The notes: generated from the sequence alone by a model not told the origin. 63,840 nucleotides of DNA, filler included, from Globobulimina sp. (GCA_003354225.1; 41 parts of 41 records of this genome joined end to end with filler, not necessarily neighbours in it); one strand, 5' to 3'. Shown: positions 37,447-49,818, counted from the first letter of the whole stretch. Numbers and translations: made by a program.

Positions 37447-38760
37447 ATGAAACAATGGGCCATTACCGCCCAATTAGTCAATAAAATTATCACAAATCAA
37501 TGTAAAATAGTTTATGAGCCAGACTGTGCTTCCATTGCCATCCAAATGAGTGCAGCCGGCAAAGCTGGCAAGCATGAAATGAAAATCGGTGATAAATATA
37601 TATTGATAGATGCAGGTGGTGGGACCATTGACATTGTTGGTCATGAAATAATTGATGTTTATCCATCATTTGCGGTGAAAGAAACAGTACCGCCCTCAGG
37701 TGGAAAATGGGGCAGTTGTTATATTGACGATCAATATATTAAATTATTAGAAAATATATTTTCTGCAAATTGGGTGAATGAATTTAAACTATCATCACCA
37801 AATATTTTTGTAGAGATAATACATAATTTCCAGCAAGCAAAAGCTAAATTTTTTGACTCTGAGTCTGAAGAAAGTAAACAAGAAAGCAAACAGCATAATG
37901 TTCGATTGCCAGAAGATTTCATATGTTTTATTGATGAGAAAATTGACGCAATTGATGGTATGGAAGATGTGGAAGAATTTGTCAACAAATCTGTGTTAGG
38001 TTTATCAAAAAGTATATGTTTGGATGAGGAATATTTGCAAATCGATTGTATTGTTTGGAAATCAATGTTTGATCATTCAATAAATCCAACTATTATGCAC
38101 ATTAAAAATAAGTTATTATCAAATAATAAATTAAAATATAAATATTTGTGTTTAGTTGGTGGCCTATCTACATCGAAATATTTTCAATTTCGAATGAAAA
38201 ATGAATTTGGTCCATGTTCAAAGTATGGGCTACAATTAATTATTCCTCGTCGACCAATATTATGCGTGGTTGAAGGAGCTGCATATTTTGGCATAAAATG
38301 CGTTGGCGAATATATGAAAGCAAGACGGTTGAGATTGAGCTATGGGTTCGTGGTCAATAAACCCATTGATTTGGCGCGGGAAATGGGAATTTCTCAGGAA
38401 TATATTTGTGAAAATAAATATTTTGATTCAATAAATAATGAATATATGGTAGCGGGTTGTTTTAATGTGATGGCTCGAAAAAACCAACAAGTTTTATATG
38501 ATCATGTTTTTATTGAATCATCGTTTCGCAGCGATCCAAATAATATGGAGGTGCGATCCCAAGTGATGTGTTCCGATATTGAGGATCCAAAAACTGTACA
38601 AGATGGACAAGAATTAGCGGAATATACAGTTTTGTGTAAAAATAAAGATGATATGGAAATTATTGACGAATTTCATTTTTATGATACTATGTTGAAAGTA
38701 TATTCATATTCAAAGAATGCACCAAACATAAAGACTGAGGTAGAACTTTCGTATAATTGA
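37447..38760 (+). CDS. HSPA12-like atypical Hsp70, 5' partial
   Basis: YEPDCAS, LIDAGGGTIDI, GGKWGSCYID, LVGGLSTSKY, VVEGAA. Confidence 0.88.
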   Translation: MKQWAITAQLVNKIITNQCKIVYEPDCASIAIQMSAAGKAGKHEMKIGDKYILIDAGGGTIDIVGHEIIDVYPSFAVKETVPPSGGKWGSCYIDDQYIKLLENIFSANWVNEFKLSSPNIFVEIIHNFQQAKAKFFDSESEESKQESKQHNVRLPEDFICFIDEKIDAIDGMEDVEEFVNKSVLGLSKSICLDEEYLQIDCIVWKSMFDHSINPTIMHIKNKLLSNNKLKYKYLCLVGGLSTSKYFQFRMKNEFGPCSKYGLQLIIPRRPILCVVEGAAYFGIKCVGEYMKARRLRLSYGFVVNKPIDLAREMGISQEYICENKYFDSINNEYMVAGCFNVMARKNQQVLYDHVFIESSFRSDPNNMEVRSQVMCSDIEDPKTVQDGQELAEYTVLCKNKDDMEIIDEFHFYDTMLKVYSYSKNAPNIKTEVELSYN

Positions 38761-39005
38761 CCGCTCCAACTATGTCTATGTCTCATTTGAAAAGTTACAT
38801 TCTAAAACTCCGACATTACTTTTTCATGAATTTTCGTTTTTGGCATTACTGCGGTACTATACATGGCATTCATGGCAGAATCAAGTGACCAAAACACGAA
38901 AGATGNNNNNNNNNNNNNNNNNNNNNNNNNNNNNNNNNNNNNNNNNNNNTTAATTAATTAANNNNNNNNNNNNNNNNNNNNNNNNNNNNNNNNNNNNNNN
39001 NNNNN

Positions 39006-39436
39006 GAAAACCTAATTCTTTTTCTATTTTATGCAAATGAGGTCGGTTCTGGTCAACAATTATCGTGACATTTTCTGTGTCATCATATTTCATTTCATTT
39101 GGAGGCATATTTATTGATTCATATGATATCTTTAAATAATTTTTCACATTTTTTTCTGAACATTGCTTCCATGTTTTACTGACGGACATTGTACGATAAA
39201 ATCCAGCAAATGATAAGATATGTTGCGTAATATCTTTTGGAAATATATCATTCATTGATACAGATTTATAATATGCTGTTCTTAATGCGTTGTTGTACAA
39301 TGATTCAAATTGTTGATTAGCAAACGCTTTGATTGCCTCCAAAGGAATATGATTCAGGAAAGGTATCAAATCGATTACGCTGTTCGCAGAAGCGATGCAA
39401 GACTGTATGGGTTGCTTGAACGAAGTCGAAGCCATA
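39006..39436 (-). CDS. F-box-like protein, partial
   Basis: DIFPKDITQHILSF...MSVSKTW. Confidence 0.55.
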
Positions 39437-39691
39437 GTTGTTGGCTTGCTGCAAATTTTAAAAAACTTCTTGAACGATAATGCTGAATAATTTATCCTCG
39501 CCCTCGCACACACGGATCACATAATGTTGAAAAAACATAAATATAAATATGTATTTGCTCTTAAAATAACACAAAAAACCCACCAATAATTATTGTTGAA
39601 GCAAAAAAAGGAAAACCCAACCCACATAGACAAAAAATTAAAAACACACGAAAAAAACATAAAACGTATAAAAAAAACAAAAATTAAATAT

Positions 39692-40464
39692 TTATCTATC
39701 GCTTGATGAAGAAGAAGAACTTAAAGACGAAGACGATGCATATGATGAATGGCTCTGTTGTTTATTACTTTTACATGATACAATATCCAATATATCCCCG
39801 CCATAACATTCACCATTTCGAAATCTCAAACTGTCAATCTTGGAATAATGATTACAATTAAAATCCTCATAATAATTAATTTGAAACCACTCCAAACCCT
39901 CATCATCACATTCCATTTTCATATAAATTATTCCTTCGCTATTTACAATATCCGGTATACATTCATCCACAATCAACACATTATCATCGATAAACCCTTT
40001 CTTTCGCATACAATCTCCATCCGAGGTCAATGGATCTTTTTTATACCACCGCACCAATAATTTATTACCATCCGCATCACATCGATCTGCAACATTCATT
40101 TCCAAACTAACATTCATATTTCGATTACAATTAAAATTAGTTTGATTTCTGTCATGCTTATAAGTGGTAATAATTTGTTGAGTATCACACTGTGTGCCTT
40201 TATACCATACCTCATCCATTTGTGTCGTCCCATAATTACAAACATATTTATTACTAAAATAGCCGCCCGCCATTTTAAACATGGTACAGGTATTAATGGG
40301 ATGAATTAAATTCCTATCCGCGTCCATAATATATTCACATTTTGTATCATGAATATAATCCGTATTTGGCCCATTGCACCATATTATATGTTCCAATTCA
40401 TTCCCAATGCATTCAGCTTCCGAATATATCTCAATATTCATATCCTGCGTATTATGGCAAGTCG
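39692..40464 (-). CDS. Cysteine-rich repeat protein, probably secreted, partial
   Basis: Repeated C...YxC...WY...C units and a Ser-rich tail. Confidence 0.5.
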
Positions 40465-40572
40465 NNNNNNNNNNNNNNNNNNNNNNNNNNNNNNNNNNNN
40501 NNNNNNNNTTAATTAATTAANNNNNNNNNNNNNNNNNNNNNNNNNNNNNNNNNNNNNNNNNNNNTTGGCGGA

Positions 40573-41028
40573 ATGCTGTTAATACGCAAAAATATTATGA
40601 CTGCACGCACTTCGCCTAACAAATGGAAAACTGCTTTAGTTGGTGTTGTGGTGGCAGCTGGATTTGGTTTGCCATTGTATGGAGAAGAAAAATGGGAAAG
40701 CTTTTCGAAATTAAGAATGGGATTTGCTTTGAATGACAATGAATGTCAGATATTTGCTGATATGGAGTATGGCGGGGCTTATTATGGTTCATTTGATGTA
40801 GAGGATGGGAGTGGATATGCAATTTATTGTGATGGCATTCGAGATGAAAGCAGTGCAGAAATGTTTTATGATGGCCATGTTAGTGGATTGTATTGCAGTT
40901 TGTATGTGGTATCAGACTCTGATATTTTGTGCACTTTTTGGATGTTTGAAGGGGAATGTTGGAGAGCGGATTGTGAGCCATATTCTGTAGATATGCAAGC
41001 ATGTTTTGCATATATGGGATTTGAGTAA
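40573..41028 (+). CDS. Hypothetical protein C-terminus
   Basis: 151-aa acidic, aromatic, Cys-containing ORF. Confidence 0.35.
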   Translation: MLLIRKNIMTARTSPNKWKTALVGVVVAAGFGLPLYGEEKWESFSKLRMGFALNDNECQIFADMEYGGAYYGSFDVEDGSGYAIYCDGIRDESSAEMFYDGHVSGLYCSLYVVSDSDILCTFWMFEGECWRADCEPYSVDMQACFAYMGFE

Positions 41029-41380
41029 TTAATACTTTGTTAATTAATTGTGTTTTTATTAATATGTTTGAATGTGATTGTAAATATGTTTGAATCTATA
41101 TAGTTCTTGTCAAATTTGACAGTGTGTTCCTTCTTTTTCTTTATTTTTATGTTAATATTTTAATTTCAGACTTATAGACAATGACAAAACAATCGGAACT
41201 CATCATTTAAATCTGCGAAAACGTCGAGGCAACTTTGCTTGGAAATACTGTCGAACCTTGAGGCTACTGCACGTATTTGAATATAATGCAGTTCATGAGG
41301 TAATAATATCAATCACGTATTTGAAAAACATAATAATATCAATCAATCCATTGAACAACAAAAAGCAATTGCTACACAAA

Positions 41381-41800
41381 TCAAGTTTGAATATGCTGTA
41401 TATGATCCAATTTAATTTTCCAATGTTTACCAGTTTTATATTGAAATAAATGTATCTCATCACAGCCATACCATATAACTAATAAATTTGCAATGTCGTT
41501 TGGTACATTTATTAAATTATTACTCACATCATTTAAAATGATCATTCTTATATATCCATTCACCAACATTGCATTATTTTGTTTACCCATTAGCTGCGCA
41601 CAACAATTACCACTAAAAGGCATTTCGACGGCACTCCTTTTCCATTTCAATAAATTTAAATCAAATATATATATATTCTTCGATTGTATATTTGCATCAA
41701 ATAATACAACATATCTTTCATCATTTGTCAACACCATACCATTACAATCGAATATCACATCTTTTGGCATTAAAGTGTCCATTTTCCTCCAATCACCGAT
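41381..41800 (-). CDS. Kelch-like protein C-terminus carrying the LVNGYIR...VPNDI motif
   Basis: VLTNDERYVVLF...IYIFDL...W; EIHLF...HWKI ending shared with 42906-43370. Confidence 0.6.
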   Translation of the reverse strand: MGDWRKMDTLMPKDVIFDCNGMVLTNDERYVVLFDANIQSKNIYIFDLNLLKWKRSAVEMPFSGNCCAQLMGKQNNAMLVNGYIRMIILNDVSNNLINVPNDIANLLVIWYGCDEIHLFQYKTGKHWKIKLDHIQHIQT

Positions 41801-42318
41801 TTGTGCAAATATTTTACGCCAATAACTTTCCTAATATTATTGTGTAATTAGTATTCATTTTTATTTTATGTTTTTTTGTGTGTTTTCAATTCGTGTTTGT
41901 GCGATCTGTAGAATATTTTTGATTGATTGTGTTTCTCCTTTTTTTGTGTGCGTATTTTTCTCCATTCAATGTGTTTAATTACGTTTGTATTTGTTTTTAA
42001 ATTATGTTTGTTGTATTATAATTNNNNNNNNNNNNNNNNNNNNNNNNNNNNNNNNNNNNNNNNNNNNTTAATTAATTAANNNNNNNNNNNNNNNNNNNNN
42101 NNNNNNNNNNNNNNNNNNNNNNNAAGAACGCAAAGGAAAGGAAAAAAAAAGAAAAAGCAAAGCAAAGGAAAGAAAAAAAAGAGGAGATTAAATGAGGATA
42201 ATTCATGAAATGTACAGAATTAAAGCAAAGTCATAATAATCGATTTTGTATTACGTTAATACAATCTTGTATTTGTATTGTATTTTGTAGTGATTTCTTA
42301 AAGTTTTGGCTTGAGAGC

Positions 42319-43370
42319 ATGGCAGCAGAAAACTGGATAAAACGTGCTCAATGGCAGCAGGAAACTGGATTATCTCGTTTACCATTTGATTTATAATTAT
42401 GTGCCTTAGCAATATTGCGCATTAATGAAGCTGAATTTGTATTGGTACTGGCTGACAGTAAACATAACGCAATATATCTTTATAATACAACCTTCAATAA
42501 ATGGTCTCCATTTTATAACAATAAATTTGGCGAATTTTGGCCACAAACATGGAAAGGTGCAGCATTTGATTATTCGAATAAATTGTTGTATGTCTGTGAC
42601 AATTCAAAACTACTTCAAATTGATTGCAGTTCAAATTATTTGGGACAGTCACTGACAATATCAAAGATTAATTATGGAGGAGGGCTTATGGCGCCAAACA
42701 TGATATGTGTTGGTGATGCTATTCATGTATTAAATAACACTCAACATTTTATTTTTGATACGAAATGTAAACAATCGAACAAGATTCACCAATTACAATT
42801 CGATCAAAGCATAGGACGCAAGTTTATTGCCAATCCATTGTATTTGAAATGGAGAAAAGGTATAATTTTACTGGACACTGTAAATAAAAGTGTTTATGAA
42901 TATCAATGTGCATATGGTCACAATCTGATGCATGGTCACAATCTGATATTGAAGCTACAAAAACGTTTTCAATAAGACTTGCAACAGCTGTTTGTACCAA
43001 AAATGAGGAATATGTTATTGTTATGGGTGGATGTGGACTTTTACCAATATCCCCGAAAACAGATTCAATTTTTGTATATAGTGTGACACGTAAATGGTTC
43101 AGAGAAGCAATGATAAAATGTCCAGTTTCTAGTATTTATCGCGCAGTGATGATGAGAAATGATATTCGTGATAATTTAATGGTATTTGGTTTTGTCAATG
43201 AATGTTTTGCATCGGATCAATTCGTAAATATCCAAAAATTGCCGCATTATATTATTGAACTCATTTCTCGTTGGGTTTGCAATGAATGGATCCATATCGT
43301 TCGTCGCTCTTTAAATGGTTTCGATCATTGGAAGATACATATTGACAAAATCCTTCAATCTATAAAATAA
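42319..43370 (+). pseudogene. Kelch-like protein disrupted by stops, frameshifts and local duplications
   Basis: Three ORF pieces; YVIVMGG blade; LMVFGFVN...LPHYIIELI...WIHIV...HWKI ending. Confidence 0.6.
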
Positions 43371-44038
43371 ATTGGTGCAAACTTTCACCAACAAATTAAC
43401 AATTTATACAATACTAGTACTGTATCGATCGAATTATTGATTCTCTGGCAATGTTTTTTGTCCACATCGATAATTCATAAATAAAACCATTTTCTGCTGT
43501 CAAAATGATGAAAAAACTGTCAGAATATCTTTTTAAAAGTCAGAAGTTGAAATACTGCAGCCATGTATTTATATATTTAAATNNNNNNNNNNNNNNNNNN
43601 NNNNNNNNNNNNNNNNNNNNNNNNNNTTAATTAATTAANNNNNNNNNNNNNNNNNNNNNNNNNNNNNNNNNNNNNNNNNNNNGTAAAAAAACTTTATTAA
43701 TTAACTTGTGATTTGCGATGACCGTTGATTATGAATTGCAGCTGCAATTCTATCACACCCAAAGCCAAATAATGATTTTCAGGGGTTTCTGAGCGTTTTG
43801 AAGAAAAGAAAATCACAAAGCTGAAAACCAGAAGTTTAATAGAATGGGTAACTGTTTATCTGTAGAAAAAGAACAATTGGAAGATGAAGATATTATCGTT
43901 GATGAGCTTGCACAGCAGATCCAATTATCGAATCCTGACACAAATAAGGTTTGGCTACCAATTAAACGCATGATATTGATACGTATATATTGATTCATAT
44001 ATTCATATTAAATTACGCAGTCATCTTATACGAGTAAC

Positions 44039-44773
44039 ATGGTTCCATTTACATTCTCTCCAAACGAACATGAACCGCACTATTTGAAGAAACTGAAACA
44101 TTGCTTAAAACAATGTGCTTTGCTTTTAGACAATAACATTCCCGAAGTGATAATTAATGAAATTGTCATGTATTTTTATCCAAAGATTGTCGAAACAGGA
44201 ATGGTTTTTTTTGGTCGAGGCAAACAATATTTATATGGAGAAACAGAATATTCATTTTTAATGTTTATTACTGAACTCACAGACATTGTAATCGACGACA
44301 AAAATGCATCCCTCACTAAATGCAATGTTAAGGCTATTAATATTTGGCCAGAATGGTCTGCAGTATGTAACACGGAAGGAATCATTACTATCAATGATCG
44401 GAGCATACATTTTTCATTCGTACAAGTTTCATTGCATGAATTGACCAAATGGGACAATATTATAATACCATCATACTTTGAGATGGAAGTAATTGTCTCT
44501 GTGGATGATAAAAATATGAATCAGGTTCAAAGCATGGATGATTATTTGAACAGGATCCGAATGAATGGGAAATGGTCGCAAAACAACACAAACATTGTGG
44601 ATGGTGAAATATTTGCATATCGAATGGAGAAATTGTTTCAACTCAACGATATTCAAATATATTTACAAAATATTGAATGTTTCAAACAAGTTCCTCTTAT
44701 TGACGGCGAACTTGATCTTGAATCGGGATTAAAAATTGTTCGCGACCAATTAAAAAATGTATCCATCGCATAA
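44039..44773 (+). CDS. Hypothetical protein with N-terminal IPEVIINEIVMYF motif
   Basis: Complete 244-aa ORF. Confidence 0.5.
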   Translation: MVPFTFSPNEHEPHYLKKLKHCLKQCALLLDNNIPEVIINEIVMYFYPKIVETGMVFFGRGKQYLYGETEYSFLMFITELTDIVIDDKNASLTKCNVKAINIWPEWSAVCNTEGIITINDRSIHFSFVQVSLHELTKWDNIIIPSYFEMEVIVSVDDKNMNQVQSMDDYLNRIRMNGKWSQNNTNIVDGEIFAYRMEKLFQLNDIQIYLQNIECFKQVPLIDGELDLESGLKIVRDQLKNVSIA

Positions 44774-45256
44774 TAATCTTCACCACTAATTTTGAAGAAA
44801 TATATTTTAAATGCATTCAAAAACACAATTTTTAGCACGTTCAAACCAAAACAAATACGAATAAGAGCACTGATAATATTGGCAAGAATTTTCAGAGCCA
44901 TGCAATAAATCTAAAATAAGGTTGTACGTACAACTGAAACAATATACTGCACATACTTGCAAGTCTACAAATACTGTTTCCATTTGACCTTATATTGTTT
45001 CTATCTGACAGTGTAGCGTTAACGTTGTCATATGACAGTATATTGTTTCTATTTGTCCATATTGTGTTTGCAAATCAATGGTATTTACAGCACAATTGGT
45101 ACAAAGACAGACGCTCTACTTTAAGGTTTGCCGTACGTATTNNNNNNNNNNNNNNNNNNNNNNNNNNNNNNNNNNNNNNNNNNNNTTAATTAATTAANNN
45201 NNNNNNNNNNNNNNNNNNNNNNNNNNNNNNNNNNNNNNNNNATATATGAAGAGAGG

Positions 45257-45643
45257 ATGGAATTAATTGATTTTACAAGCTTAGAGAATCGCGTTTGTAG
45301 ACATTATCCAAATTTTAAAAAAGAATGCAATTTAATAATGAATGAATATAAGAAATATTTATTAATAAAATGTGTAGGAAAAGATTACAATTATTCCACA
45401 TATTCGCCATCATGGCATGTAGATCAAGTTTGGCATTTACATATTTTGGATACTGTTCAATATAGAAAAGATAATAAAATATTATTTAATTCAAAATTAT
45501 TTATTGAACATGATATCGATGGTGATTTAAATGAAAAAGCGAGACAAATAAGATATAAAAACACAATTAATGATTATAGAAAATTATTCAAATCTGATCC
45601 AATTAAAACCAAATTTTGGGGGAAACCATGGCCTACAAAATAA
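45257..45643 (+). CDS. GRDP/DUF1399-like domain protein
   Basis: EYKKYLLIK...PSWHVDQVWHLHILDT..Y...FIEH. Confidence 0.75.
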   Translation: MELIDFTSLENRVCRHYPNFKKECNLIMNEYKKYLLIKCVGKDYNYSTYSPSWHVDQVWHLHILDTVQYRKDNKILFNSKLFIEHDIDGDLNEKARQIRYKNTINDYRKLFKSDPIKTKFWGKPWPTK

Positions 45644-45806
45644 TTATTTGCTTGTTTACAATATCGTGTGTTTGCTTAATGTTTATCACATATCCTTGGA
45701 GGGTTAATGTGAATAAACGTTTTTGTTCCACCAAAAATCCTAAAACCGAAGTTTCCTATTTTTTCACATTTAATAAATTACTGCTTGAATTGCCCATTAA
45801 GCCATA

Positions 45807-46700
45807 TGAATATTAATTTCGATTCCTTATTAAAAAATAAGTGGGAAAGTCAACTAATCCACAAAAAATATAATCGAATTCAATATGCATCAAAGCATTA
45901 TGGAAATGCATCAAATACAATAATATATAAAAGAAAACATCCCGTTAAACAAAGAAAAGATATCAAAAAATTTAAATCACAAAGAAGAAGAAAAAAGGTT
46001 CACAAACAAATGTCATTTGATTTTGACGATTTTGTATTTAAAAATAAAAATGAAAACTTTAAAAGAATACAAATAAAACCAACAATGAATTATCAATATA
46101 AATATCAATCAAATACTGACATACAATCAATGTATAATACTTATTATAATTCATCATTTATTGACATTCGCAAATCACCAAAAAAAACTCAAAACAAACA
46201 ATGTAACACAAACATAAATGGAATTAAAATGAACATAAAACTATATGCTATATTAACCGGTTCCGAATCCTATATCAATTTATTAATGGATGATTTTAAT
46301 GATATGATGGCCGGTTTGGAACTAAAACGTTTGCTATATTGTCCATTTTGTACTTTTAGGCAATCGTGGAAAAATACCAAATGTGCCATGTGCGATAATA
46401 CCATTGCTACAAAACCAAGCCAATCAATTAATTTTCCAGCCAAACTGCAATTATTATCTTCAGCTAAAACCTCCTTAAATATATACAAAAATAATGGCGA
46501 AATTGATAATAAATTTGGAACCAAAATAGAGGAACACTCAATGAATAATATTCCTATATTTTCAGAATATTCATCCAAATTAAAGCGGGCTTCAAAGTAT
46601 TTTAGAGCGGTTAGAGATGACTTACTGCTTCAAATTGCAAATAAAGCATTAAAATCATATAAAACACATAATAATGAAATATTGAATGCATTTCAAGGAA
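45807..46700 (+). CDS. Hypothetical protein with RanBP2-type zinc finger, partial
   Basis: CPFCTFRQSWKNTKCAMC. Confidence 0.55.
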
Positions 46701-46929
46701 NNNNNNNNNNNNNNNNNNNNNNNNNNNNNNNNNNNNNNNNNNNNTTAATTAATTAANNNNNNNNNNNNNNNNNNNNNNNNNNNNNNNNNNNNNNNNNNNN
46801 AAAATGCAAAAACTAAATAAAATAGTGCCCTTTTAATTTATACGGTCTTGATAAGCTGTATAAATGAGGCTGCATGTTTGTTGTTGAGATTTAAAAGGGA
46901 ATATTCGAGATTTAGCGCATTCCCCGTTA

Positions 46930-47550
46930 TTAATTACCATTCAATTTATCTCTTATTGCTTCTAAAAAGTCATTCACCTCTGATATATCTGCATTTCGAA
47001 TTTTTTCAGTTAACCTTGCCAACGATGACTTTTTTGTAAGAAATCGCTTTGCTTTTTTTTGAACTTCTAAAAATCTAAATAACTCACAGTATTTAATAGT
47101 ATCGCTTCCTTTAGCAGTCAGAGCAGTGTAGACGCAATCATCCTTATTTAAAATATGACTTGAATAATTATCATAGTGTGCATGCACAATTAAAAAGGCT
47201 CTACCGTTTCTGGGATATCGGATATATTTTTTATTTAATACAGGTTTAATGCTTTTTTTGGTATTACATGCAGGACAGCTGAGTGCTAAATTCAAATTAT
47301 AAAAAGTGAATTTATCGTATTGCGATTTAGGTACTATATGTTCAATATCTACCTCCTTGATATCAAAACCAAGCTCATTTTTACAATAACAACACTTATT
47401 ATTTTGTTCATTCCTTAGATGCTCAATTAAATTATCTTTGATTGGTTGAAAAATCTTTTTATCCCAATCGAGATATGTAGAGAAATTAATTTCAATGGTT
47501 TTTATTTCTTCTGATGTAAAGCTGTAAGCTGTAGTTATTCTATCATTCAT
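46930..47550 (-). CDS. ptuB: HNH endonuclease, PtuB/Septu-like (bacterial)
   Basis: EQNNKCCYC...IEHIVPKS...NLALSCPACNTKK; GAGGA RBS at 47560-47556; ATG at 47550 overlaps the upstream stop by 8 nt. Confidence 0.8.
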   Translation of the reverse strand: MNDRITTAYSFTSEEIKTIEINFSTYLDWDKKIFQPIKDNLIEHLRNEQNNKCCYCKNELGFDIKEVDIEHIVPKSQYDKFTFYNLNLALSCPACNTKKSIKPVLNKKYIRYPRNGRAFLIVHAHYDNYSSHILNKDDCVYTALTAKGSDTIKYCELFRFLEVQKKAKRFLTKKSSLARLTEKIRNADISEVNDFLEAIRDKLNGN

Positions 47551-48259
47551 GATCATCCTCAATTATCAATTTTGCAACTTTCTTTAATGGATCATGATCT
47601 TTTAATAAGGGATAGTATGAACCTATCTTGTTCTTCAATTCAATTAATTCAGGCATCGAACGATTATTGTCTGATAATAATTCTAATGCATTAGCTATAA
47701 GTTGAGATAGAAAAAAATTTCTTGTGGTTGGCAATCCAAAAACATTTAATAAAACATCTTCAGCAGACCAACCAAAAGTTGAATTTTTTATCGATTCTGA
47801 AATGATAGTGCCTTTTTTTTCTTTTAATGTGATGACAGATGATCTTTTTGGAGGTAAATCTGTTACCAAAAAATGTGAGTGTGAAGCAATGATAATGTGA
47901 CATCCGCTAAAATTTAAAAATATTTGATTTAATAATTCTATATACTTCGATTGCCATAACGGGTGTAAACTAATTTCTGGTTCATCAATTAAAATCAAAC
48001 TATTATCTTGGATTAAGGGTGTTAGCGCAATTAGTGTTGACAATATGTGGGCTTCCCCTGAACTGGCGTCTCTAAAATTAAATTCAAAACCTCCTTTTTT
48101 ATAGACGTTTATCTCATAGCTACTTGCAATTCTAAGTTTAATTAAAATCTCTAACAAACTATATGAATTTACACTATCAATGTATGTCGAATTATCATAA
48201 TTAATTCGTGAAATGTTTTTTTTGGAGAAATTAATAAGTATTTCTTTTCTGCCATAAGA
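47543..48259 (-). CDS. ptuA: ABC-type ATPase, PtuA/Septu-like (bacterial), 5' truncated
   Basis: ASSGE signature, LILIDEPEISLHP (Walker B/D-loop), IIASHSHFLV (H-loop), TFGWSAEDVLLNVFG; frame open to the contig end. Confidence 0.8.
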   Translation of the reverse strand, partial: SYGRKEILINFSKKNISRINYDNSTYIDSVNSYSLLEILIKLRIASSYEINVYKKGGFEFNFRDASSGEAHILSTLIALTPLIQDNSLILIDEPEISLHPLWQSKYIELLNQIFLNFSGCHIIIASHSHFLVTDLPPKRSSVITLKEKKGTIISESIKNSTFGWSAEDVLLNVFGLPTTRNFFLSQLIANALELLSDNNRSMPELIELKNKIGSYYPLLKDHDPLKKVAKLIIEDDHE

Positions 48260-48969
48260 NNNNNNNNNNNNNNNNNNNNNNNNNNNNNNNNNNNNNNNNN
48301 NNNTTAATTAATTAANNNNNNNNNNNNNNNNNNNNNNNNNNNNNNNNNNNNNNNNNNNNAAAAATCGTCGACCCCCCTCTCGGCTGACCCTCCCCCAACC
48401 GGCAACCCGCGCCCATGTATGGTATACAAGTTTGCTGCTCCAGCTAATACAGCGTGGACAAGCAGTACTAAGGAACAGCTGGAAGGGGCTGTTTATTGAA
48501 GTTAAATTAGATGCTCATATTTTGATTGAGTGCACATTGTCATTTTTTTCTAATCGCCTTTCATTGAAACGGTCCACCTCTTTCGCTATTTGCATTGTTG
48601 ATATTTGAGCAGCATCATCAACAATACTTTTCCATCTTGCAATGGGCTTCAGTAAACCAGAAAGCTCTTCTGCTTCTTGACATAGTTGAGATGAGATTGA
48701 CTGCGAAATATTATCGCTAGTCCCAAAGTCACATTTTCCTTTTGCCTTCTGAGCAAACTGGGAAAGATAGTTTACCTATAGTAGTTATATAGGTGCCACT
48801 TGAGGCCGCATTTTCTACAGTAACCTTGTAAAAATTAAAATTAAATTTTTTTATTTTATTTTTTTATTTTTTTCGCAAAATTATTCTCACAAGGGCGAAG
48901 GCCCTCTCTCTCACATGGTCATAAAAAACTATATAAGTAAAGAAAATACCTGACAAACCTTCTTTCATA

Positions 48970-49818
48970 ATGTTGAACAAATCTAAAAAAGAGTTGCTCG
49001 TGTCCATCTATTATGGACAGAAAACGGGATACACTTCAGCTAATAAATTATTGTTGCAAGCTCGTAAAGAAAATCCTACCATATCGCGAGAAGATGTTAA
49101 ACGTTTTTTATCCAACCAACCTGCATACGCTAGGAATAAACAGATACCAAAACCCCGAAGTTCGATTTGGAATCAATGGATCCAAGCGTATAATCCAGGT
49201 CAACTCGTTGCCATTGATACATGGTTTCTCGGTACTGGTACAAAATCACAATTTCCACATGCGCTCGTTGCAGTGGATGCTTTTACCAAATTTGCAGCCA
49301 TTCAACCAATAAGAAATTTGACTGCTAAAAATGTCGCGAAAGGCATGGAAAAAATTATAAACAATTTTAAATTCAATATTCATTCAACATTTTCCGATCA
49401 TGGGGTTGAGTTCACTGGGAAGCTATTTCGCGATATGATGAAACAATACAATATCAGACAAATTTTTACATCTGGTAATAACCCATCAAAAACTGGATTG
49501 GCAGAATCATTGATTCGATCATTGCGAATTATACTTGGTCGAATAGTAACCGGTGGTGGATCAGGGTGGAATGTTGTCAAACAATCTCTTGATATTTACA
49601 ACAACTCACCACATCGTTCTATTGGGAATAGACGACCAGGCGATGTTACATTGGCAAATGCTGGGAAAATTTTGAAATTTATATCTGACAAGAAAGAAAA
49701 ATTTATGGACAAACAGAGTATGATAGCACCACCGAAATTTCAGAAAGATGATATAGTACGAATTTTGGAATTAAATAAGCAGGGCGCTTTTGACAAAATC
49801 AACATACCACGATGGAGC
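48970..49818 (+). mobile_element. Polinton/Maverick (adintovirus-like) retroviral-type integrase, 3' truncated
   Basis: IYY...GYTSANKL N-terminus; DDE core AID / VDAFTK / SDHGVEF / AESLIRSLR; YNNSPHRSIG; KFQKDDIVRI...FDK...PRWS. Confidence 0.85.

Noticed and set aside
46801-49818. Defence island formed by PtuAB next to an integrase
   Set aside because: They lie on different contigs separated by a linker; adjacency reflects length sorting only.
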